Assembly (NCBI GenBank): GCA_965219385.1
Contig: CBDCNM010000002.1
Coordinates: 1,668,936 to 1,732,935 of the forward strand
DNA from: Candidatus Latescibacterota bacterium
Lineage (GTDB): Bacteria; Latescibacterota; UBA2968; UBA8231
Reading direction: 5' to 3'
DNA: 64,000 nt
Of the stretch, positions 58,077 to 64,000 are shown in pieces. Positions within the stretch are counted from its first letter, which is position 1. The number at the start of each line of letters is the position of its first letter. A program made the position numbers and the translations under genes. Under the pieces are notes generated by a model that saw only the letters and a program-made list of their open reading frames with translations, was not told the DNA's origin and ran no database searches.

Positions 58077-58802
58077 TTATTGAATGATGTTCAGCCAGTC
58101 CTTGAAGAGGAACGAGACCCGCCCGATCAGCAGGGACAAACGCCCCATGACGGTATAGCCAAAGGAAGCGCCAAAGGAAATCATCAAAAACCAGATCCCG
58201 ATCCTGGAGACCGCGCCCACCACACCGGTGTGCTCCACCGAAAAGAAAAAATAGACCAGCACCGTCACCACCCCCACCAGGATGATCAGCAGCCAGAGGC
58301 CCTCCAGACTCCAGCTTAAGGGGGCCAGGGTCGGCTCGACCTGGGCCAGGATAAAGGATGAGATGAAGCGAGGGATGGTGAATCCGGCTCCCAGGCCCAC
58401 CACAAAGGCAAAGGCGATCCGACTCAGCCACCCGAACCGCTGGGAGAAGCGCATCAAGATGAAAAAGCCGAGGAGGGTGGGAATCAGGAGCAGCCAGTCG
58501 GGGTCGCGCTCCGCATTTTCATCGAGGTTGAACAAAGGGGTCAGCAGCTCGGCCAGCAGGACGGTGTACCAGACCTGAGCTAGGGTGTAGGCTGCCGCGA
58601 CCCCTACGAAGATGTGTTCGGCGAACTTGAAAAGAGGGTTGTCCTTGTAGAGAAAGCTGTAGAGCGCCAGAGTGAGTCCCGCCCCCACGATGATGCCGAA
58701 ACCGGTCCGGTCCGCCGCCAGGTTGCCGGATCCCAGCAGGTAGGCATTGACCGCGGCAAACAGGCCGACGCCGATCAGAAGTATAAGGGTATCCTGCCTC
58801 AT
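58077..58802 (-). CDS. Conserved multi-pass membrane protein (GlmL-like operon)
   Basis: 'TLALYSFLYKDNPLFKFAEHIFVG', 'L.YFFFS.EH.G', 'FLMISFGASFGYTVMGRLSLLIGR'. Confidence 0.8.
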   Translation of the reverse strand: MRQDTLILLIGVGLFAAVNAYLLGSGNLAADRTGFGIIVGAGLTLALYSFLYKDNPLFKFAEHIFVGVAAAYTLAQVWYTVLLAELLTPLFNLDENAERDPDWLLLIPTLLGFFILMRFSQRFGWLSRIAFAFVVGLGAGFTIPRFISSFILAQVEPTLAPLSWSLEGLWLLIILVGVVTVLVYFFFSVEHTGVVGAVSRIGIWFLMISFGASFGYTVMGRLSLLIGRVSFLFKDWLNIIQ

Positions 58803-59638
58803 CGCCCTGGTCCTCTCTGGGTTGTGCGGCCGTAGAGAAAGTAGATCAGATTGCCCAGAACGATAAAGAAGATGATGACCAGGTGCACGATCGACTGGGA
58901 GGCCATGCCCGCGGTGGCCGCAGCGGTCGCGTCCACCAGTTTTTCGTATTCGGCCGCGCCGGCCAGGCCGCCGATCAGGCCGTTCATCTGCCCCGACTGC
59001 AGGAAGGGGTACATATCGGGCGCCATGACCGCGGTGCAACCGGTGGCAAAGGGGAATTTGTACTTTTCCTGGCCAAAGGGGATCCACACCTGGTCGGGGG
59101 TGTTGCCCGCGGCCAGGCAGATCACATAAGAGAAGTCCCGCAGGGAGGTAATGGGTTGCGTGACCGCCAGGCTTGTGGTCGAGTTGCCCCGCAGGTCTTT
59201 GGCGAAGGCATTGTGGAAATCCTGTCCCATGTTGATGACCAGGCTGTGAGAACCCGGTTTGAAGCCGAGGAAGACATAGTCTTCGCCGTAGGTTTTGTCG
59301 AGTTCTCCGGATATGTCTTCCAGGACTTGCTGAGCCAGTCCCACCCCATCGGGCCAGTGGTTCATGGCCACGATCTTCAGGTCCCGGCGGAAACAGTGCC
59401 GCAGGATGGCCAGGGCCATGGGCTGCAGTTCGGGCATGGAACTGGGCCCGTAGTCGAAGGAAATCAGGACCGTGCCGCCGCCCGAGTCCGCTATTTTTTC
59501 GACGGTATCGTAGACTGCGACCACCTCGTCGCTGATCTCGATCGGGAGGTGGAGCGGGACGAACATCGGAATGGACACGCCGAGGAAGACAAATATATAG
59601 ACCACCCGGCGGTCCAGATTGCGCCGGATCTCTTTCAT
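58799..59638 (-). CDS. Conserved membrane-anchored protein (GlmL-like operon)
   Basis: N- and C-terminal TM segments, 'SFDYGP....EL.P', 'YGEDYV.LG', 'SGQ..GL.GGL.GAAEYE'. Confidence 0.8.
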   Translation of the reverse strand: MKEIRRNLDRRVVYIFVFLGVSIPMFVPLHLPIEISDEVVAVYDTVEKIADSGGGTVLISFDYGPSSMPELQPMALAILRHCFRRDLKIVAMNHWPDGVGLAQQVLEDISGELDKTYGEDYVFLGFKPGSHSLVINMGQDFHNAFAKDLRGNSTTSLAVTQPITSLRDFSYVICLAAGNTPDQVWIPFGQEKYKFPFATGCTAVMAPDMYPFLQSGQMNGLIGGLAGAAEYEKLVDATAAATAGMASQSIVHLVIIFFIVLGNLIYFLYGRTTQRGPGR

Positions 59639-60294
59639 TCTTCACCTCCGCCGAGATAGGATCGTTCGATGCCGAAGATGATGCGCAGGGACGTGGCGAT
59701 GGCGCCCAGGCTCACGCCCAGGAGGATGCCCCGCTTGGCCGCCAGGTTGGGGACGCCCATCAACCAGTCCTGGGTCCAGGGCAGCGCATCCGAGATGAGG
59801 GCGCCGATGGGGACCCGGCCCAGCATGACCAGCACGGCCGAGATGAGCAAGATAGCGGCCTCGGGGGTGCGGGCGCGAAAGGTCCGGTAGGCCGCGGAGG
59901 CGATAAAGAAGGCCAGGATCGAAAACATGGTGGCGTCGGCCGGGACCTGGATGTAGTCGTACATCCAGACAAAGGGTCCGGAATCTATGACCTGTGCTTC
60001 GAGCGGTCCGGCCCCATCGTTGTAGATGGCAAAAACCAGCATCGCGGCAAAACCGAGGTAGACCAGCAGGCTGTAGCCCCACCCGGCCTGGTGCTGCAGG
60101 ATGCGTTCCCAGTGGAGATTCATCAGGCTGTGGATGCCGATGAGAAAGGCGAAGGCCGCCACGATCCGATCCCAGCGGGCCAGTTCGGTCAGCAGGTTCT
60201 GGGCCTCCCGGTGCGGGATGTAGTAAAGGGCTATGCCGATACAGCCGAATACAAAGGCGATGACCAGCGGGAGAGTGCGTCTAAGGAAGAGCAT
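59635..60294 (-). CDS. Conserved membrane protein (GlmL-like operon)
   Basis: 'ATMFSILAFFIASAAYRTFRART.EA..LL', 'R.IFGIER.YLG'. Confidence 0.8.
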   Translation of the reverse strand: MLFLRRTLPLVIAFVFGCIGIALYYIPHREAQNLLTELARWDRIVAAFAFLIGIHSLMNLHWERILQHQAGWGYSLLVYLGFAAMLVFAIYNDGAGPLEAQVIDSGPFVWMYDYIQVPADATMFSILAFFIASAAYRTFRARTPEAAILLISAVLVMLGRVPIGALISDALPWTQDWLMGVPNLAAKRGILLGVSLGAIATSLRIIFGIERSYLGGGEE

Positions 60295-60311
60295 GGGCAG
60301 ATCCTCGTGCT

Positions 60312-61595
60312 TTAGTAGGCAGTGAATAAATGCGTCAGAAACGGAATGTCTAAAGTGGCCAGCAAGGTCCCCAGCACGAGCACGGCAATGAGGAACCCCT
60401 TGCCGATATCCTGTCCCTTCAGGCTCCCCAGGAGTCTGGGCTCGCGGGCCAGGTAGGCGCTGGCAGCGTAGAGTTCCTCTCCCATAAGGGTGTAATCGCA
60501 GGTGGTGATGAAGAAGGGGAGCTGGGTGTAGGAGTCGGTGCCGGCGATCTGGATGGCGCCGGTATTGGCCCCGGTCTCGGCCAGGAGCAGGGACTCGGCG
60601 TAAAAGTAGCCCATCATGATATTGGTGGCGGGCTCTTCGCGCACCATCATGCCCTCCACGGCCGCGGCGTAGCTGAACTGATCGGTGGCGGCCAGGAAGA
60701 CATTGTCCGGGTTGTAGGCGTCGGGCCGGCCCGCTTCCAGGTAGGCCTCCTTTACCACTTCCTGGCTCACGGCCATGACCACCGGATCCCTGTTGGTCAC
60801 GCGCAGGGCAGTGTCGTACTCGGCGGTGCGCCGGGCCACGCGGCTGAGGATGTTGACCGCGGCAATGGTCGAGACACTCCCCATCGGGTTCAAGCCGTGG
60901 ATGAAGAGGACCGGCTTGCCCATCTCGGTGGCCCGCCCCAGGGCTTCGTCCAGGGCCTCCAGGCCGGCGATGCGGCGGATGTAGAACTCGCGGCGCCGGG
61001 CCAGGGAAATGGAGACCAGAACGATGAGGGAGAACACCGTGCCCATGATGAAGTTGTTCAGCAACTTGCGGTCGAACAGGTTGCCGCCGGCCTCGGCCTG
61101 GACCACGGCGGTGCCTTCGATGGTTTGCCCCGCGGCGCGCACCCCGAGGCGGAAGAAATAGGTTTTGCCGTCTTCCACTTTGACGGGTTCCCCTGCCGCA
61201 TCCGCGTATTCGGCGATGTGGGTGAAGTGGTGATTTTCGTTTTCGGCGACGCGGCCAAAGGTGCCGGGCTCGTCGGACATCAGGTTGGCGGCGGCGCTCA
61301 CTTCGGCGGCCGCGTAGAAAGGGCCGTCCGGCGCGGTGGCGATGGAGATCAGGTAGACCGCGTCCGCGGGCACTGAGGCGGACCGGGGCCAGGTGAGGGT
61401 GATGCTGCCGCCGGCGTCGCCGGGGGTGTCAAAGGCCTGTATTGGTGCAGGTGGAACGAAAAGCTCCTCGGCCTCAAGAGGTGGAAGGGCCCCTTCGACG
61501 ACCAATTGGCTCATAGGCCGAGGCCCCCCGGGTTCCTGGGCGTGGCTCAGGGCCAACGTTCCCAGCAGGGTAAAAGAGATGATTAATGGGTTCAT
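60312..61595 (-). CDS. Signal peptide + fibronectin-like domain + DUF6754-like membrane domain protein
   Basis: 'DTP.D.GG.I.LTW', 'IRRIAGL.ALDEA.GRATEMGKP', 'AESLLLAETG...GAIQIAGT....QLPFFIT.CDY.L.GEELYAASAYL'. Confidence 0.75.
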   Translation of the reverse strand: MNPLIISFTLLGTLALSHAQEPGGPRPMSQLVVEGALPPLEAEELFVPPAPIQAFDTPGDAGGSITLTWPRSASVPADAVYLISIATAPDGPFYAAAEVSAAANLMSDEPGTFGRVAENENHHFTHIAEYADAAGEPVKVEDGKTYFFRLGVRAAGQTIEGTAVVQAEAGGNLFDRKLLNNFIMGTVFSLIVLVSISLARRREFYIRRIAGLEALDEALGRATEMGKPVLFIHGLNPMGSVSTIAAVNILSRVARRTAEYDTALRVTNRDPVVMAVSQEVVKEAYLEAGRPDAYNPDNVFLAATDQFSYAAAVEGMMVREEPATNIMMGYFYAESLLLAETGANTGAIQIAGTDSYTQLPFFITTCDYTLMGEELYAASAYLAREPRLLGSLKGQDIGKGFLIAVLVLGTLLATLDIPFLTHLFTAY

Positions 61596-61609
61596 GAGCT
61601 CCCTTTCGT

Positions 61610-62740
61610 TCATTCCTCGATCAACTCGACATTGGCCCGGGGCACCACGGCCCGGGCACCGTCCTCGAACTCCACCTCCAGGACCCGCACCTGGGCGCCC
61701 GACGCCACCTCCTGGAGCTCGGAAGGCAGGGCGCTGACGCGGCCGATGCAGCCGAAATAGGGGGCGCGGATGACCCGCAGGACATCGCCTGTTTCCAGGC
61801 CTTGCTGCTGCTGGGGCGCGGGGTGTTCGTCGGCCCGTGGGGGCTCGTCCTGGAGCGGCACGATGATTTCGGGGCGCAAAACCCCGGCGCGAATCTGGGT
61901 GGCCCCGGAGATGGAGGCCTCTTTGCCGGAGCAGGCCTGGAGAATCTCGAAGGTCTTGCGGGCCATGGCGATTTCGCCGAAGCCCTCGGTGACGATCAGG
62001 CTCAGCCCGATCTCTTCGGTGCCGGTGATGGCCACGCCCAAGTCGTAGCCCAGAAGGTCGCGCAAATCCTGGTCGCGGATGCCGCCCCCGATCACCCCTA
62101 TGGCCCCTGCCTGGCGGGCTTGCTGGACGGCCTGCTGGGTGATCAGGCTGCCGCCCACCAGGATTTTGCCGGCGCACTCGGGGCCGATTCTTGCCGCCTC
62201 CAGGGCATCTTCGGGGTGGGCGGCGAGCAGGTGGAGTGGGCCCCAGCACTCGCCGCCCACCCCGAAGATGCCCTGCACAAAGGCGGCGCGGGTTTCGATC
62301 CGCACTCCTTCTTCGGGGAGGACTTCCACCACGGTGCCGTCTATGTAGGCCAGGACCTCGACCGGCCGGGGCGGCTCCCTCAGAATCACCTGGCCGGTCA
62401 CCGCCGAGATGCTTTCGACGCTGCCGCTCACCGGCGCCTCCACCGTGGTCTTGAACCACTTGATGAAGGGGCGGGTCTGGGCTATGGGCTCGCCGGCCTG
62501 GATGGCTTCGCCCTCCTTCTTGAGCATGTAGCCGGGCAACTCTTCGGGGGTGACGCCCAGGCGGTTCACCAGGTTCAGGGTGGTCACGTTGCCCGGCAAT
62601 TCGGTCCGGGCCACCACCTGGTCGCGCCGCACCCGGGCGCCCGGTTCGACCAGAACCTGGCCCCGGAGGGGAAGTTGCCGTTGCTTGGTGCGGGTGGCCT
62701 GGGGGGTCACCCGCAGGCCGGGGGTGTAGGCGTGGGCCAT
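61610..62740 (-). CDS. Barrel-sandwich-hybrid / KOW-containing conserved protein
   Basis: 'MAHAYTPGL.V', 'G.VLV..G..V', 'APVSG.VE.IS..TG', 'TEGFG..AM', KOW-like 'GD.LRVIR.PYFG.IG.V'. Confidence 0.75.
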   Translation of the reverse strand: MAHAYTPGLRVTPQATRTKQRQLPLRGQVLVEPGARVRRDQVVARTELPGNVTTLNLVNRLGVTPEELPGYMLKKEGEAIQAGEPIAQTRPFIKWFKTTVEAPVSGSVESISAVTGQVILREPPRPVEVLAYIDGTVVEVLPEEGVRIETRAAFVQGIFGVGGECWGPLHLLAAHPEDALEAARIGPECAGKILVGGSLITQQAVQQARQAGAIGVIGGGIRDQDLRDLLGYDLGVAITGTEEIGLSLIVTEGFGEIAMARKTFEILQACSGKEASISGATQIRAGVLRPEIIVPLQDEPPRADEHPAPQQQQGLETGDVLRVIRAPYFGCIGRVSALPSELQEVASGAQVRVLEVEFEDGARAVVPRANVELIEE

Positions 62741-62744
62741 GGGG

Positions 62745-63998
62745 CTATGCTCCGTACAGATTCAAAGCCTGGTTCCAGGCCGCCGATTGTCGCAGGCGGT
62801 CTTCCTGGCGCTCGGGAAACTGGAGGGGCCGGCCGCGGCCGTCCAGGATCAGGCCGGCCGCGCCGCCCTGCGCCGCAGTCTGCACTTCCCGTCCGGGACC
62901 GGCGCCCGCATCCCAGCCCCGAGCAGGCTGCAGGACCACCTCGGCCGCGGCCCCAAAGGCCAGGGGGAAGAGCAGGAGATCGCCTATTTGCAGGGCGCCT
63001 TCCCGGGTGCCGCCGGGCAAACCGATCCGGTAGGTGGCGCAGGTTTCTCCGGGTTTGCCGTGGCCCACGGGTGCAATGCAGGTGCCCAGGTAGATCAGGC
63101 AATCCCGCTCGAAAACATCGGTGGCGGCTTTTTCGTCAACGGTGGAGAGCACCCCGAGGTGGGGCATCATGAAGATGCTGTCCACCGCCAGGCGGGTCGC
63201 GCCCTCGGGCTGGAAGGCGTCGATCAGCAGGGCCGCGGCCTGTTGCCGCCGGGGGGCGTGGGAGAGCACGCCGCCGCTGCCCACCAGCAGGTCCAGGTCC
63301 ATCATCTGGATCAGGCTCTCGCCGCTTGCGCTCTGGTCGAATACGTCCGAGAGGGTGCGCTCGGCCTGCACCCCCTTCAGACCCACGGCCAGCTCCCGGT
63401 GCTGCGCAAAGGCCAGGCGCAAAGCCTCGCGGGCAATGCCGTGTTCGATCTGCAGTTCCTCCAGCATGTGCGGAATCGTGGTCGGGCGGATCATCTTGTT
63501 CTTGATGCGATCGCGCAAATCCGCCTCCTGGATCTGGAAGGGCACCCAGCGCAGCAGGTTGTCCAGGCCGGCTGCGGCCAGGACATTCGAGATACTGTAG
63601 GACATGCCCAGATTGGCGCTGACCGTGCGGTTGAAGACCTCCCCGAAGACGCTGAAGACATCGGTGGTGGCGCCGCCGATGTCCACCCCGATGACGTTGA
63701 TGCCCTGTTGGCGGGCAATGGTCTGCATGATCTGGCCCACCGCTCCGGGGGTGGGCCAGACCGGAGCGTCGGTCCACTCGATCAACTTCTGGTAGCCGGG
63801 GGCCTGGGCCATGACGTGCTCCAGAAAGAGGTCGTGGATGACCTGACGCGCTGGTCCCAGATTCTCTTTTTCGAGTACAGGGCGGATGTTCTCGGTCAAG
63901 GTCAGGGCGGTCTTTTCTCCTATCACTCCCTGGATCTCTTCCCGGGCATCCTGGTTGCCGGCGTAGATCACCGGCAGCTCGAAACCGGTGCCGAACCG
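62745..63998 (-). CDS. GlmL/MutL(Clostridium)-like actin-fold ATPase, 5'-partial
   Basis: 'IYAGN', 'ENIRP', 'APGY', 'PTPGAV', 'VDIGGATTDVFS', 'RTVSANLGMSYS', 'GSGGVLSHAP'. Confidence 0.85.
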   Translation of the reverse strand, partial: RFGTGFELPVIYAGNQDAREEIQGVIGEKTALTLTENIRPVLEKENLGPARQVIHDLFLEHVMAQAPGYQKLIEWTDAPVWPTPGAVGQIMQTIARQQGINVIGVDIGGATTDVFSVFGEVFNRTVSANLGMSYSISNVLAAAGLDNLLRWVPFQIQEADLRDRIKNKMIRPTTIPHMLEELQIEHGIAREALRLAFAQHRELAVGLKGVQAERTLSDVFDQSASGESLIQMMDLDLLVGSGGVLSHAPRRQQAAALLIDAFQPEGATRLAVDSIFMMPHLGVLSTVDEKAATDVFERDCLIYLGTCIAPVGHGKPGETCATYRIGLPGGTREGALQIGDLLLFPLAFGAAAEVVLQPARGWDAGAGPGREVQTAAQGGAAGLILDGRGRPLQFPERQEDRLRQSAAWNQALNLYGA

Positions 63999-64000
63999 GG

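Noticed and set aside
58077..62459. Extended 522-aa and 715-aa versions of the membrane genes
   Set aside because: The N-terminal extensions are off-frame reads of upstream genes. Starts at 58802 and 61595/61613 have an overlap or RBS in support.

Overview
64 kb of high-GC bacterial chromosome. The gene repertoire would fit an uncultured FCB-group organism such as Ca. Latescibacterota, but that is inference only. The left two-thirds (1-41270) is mostly housekeeping and accessory metabolism. It has a probable 6S RNA set back-to-back with a ribosome hibernation factor gene, an hpf-pntAA-pntAB-pntB-NCS2 permease operon, an Lrp/AsnC regulator divergent from gltBD, a GldA/F/G-like ABC system whose GldG is internally duplicated, assorted enzymes, one complete IS701-family element and several deletion relics. 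41270-58070 is an AT-richer, single-orientation defence island with no integrase. It holds a PLD-SNF2 helicase, a truncated AlbA/HATPase gene, ParA, a type IIG-like MTase-TRD, a GNAT-PIN-PUA plus ASCH pair, a TIR protein, an orphan with a HEPN-like motif, two toxin-antitoxin pairs, and Fic and C5-MTase relics. Its most striking feature is that the last ~110 bp of the MTase gene recur twice downstream at ~90% identity. Each copy has its own private tail and is followed by different cargo, suggesting that the RM gene's 3' end acts as a reusable capture site for defence cassettes. 58077-64000 is a tightly coupled, uncharacterised operon: a GlmL-like actin-fold ATPase, a barrel-sandwich/KOW protein and four membrane proteins. 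No tRNA, rRNA or CRISPR array was seen. All calls come from motif recognition by eye, not from database searches.
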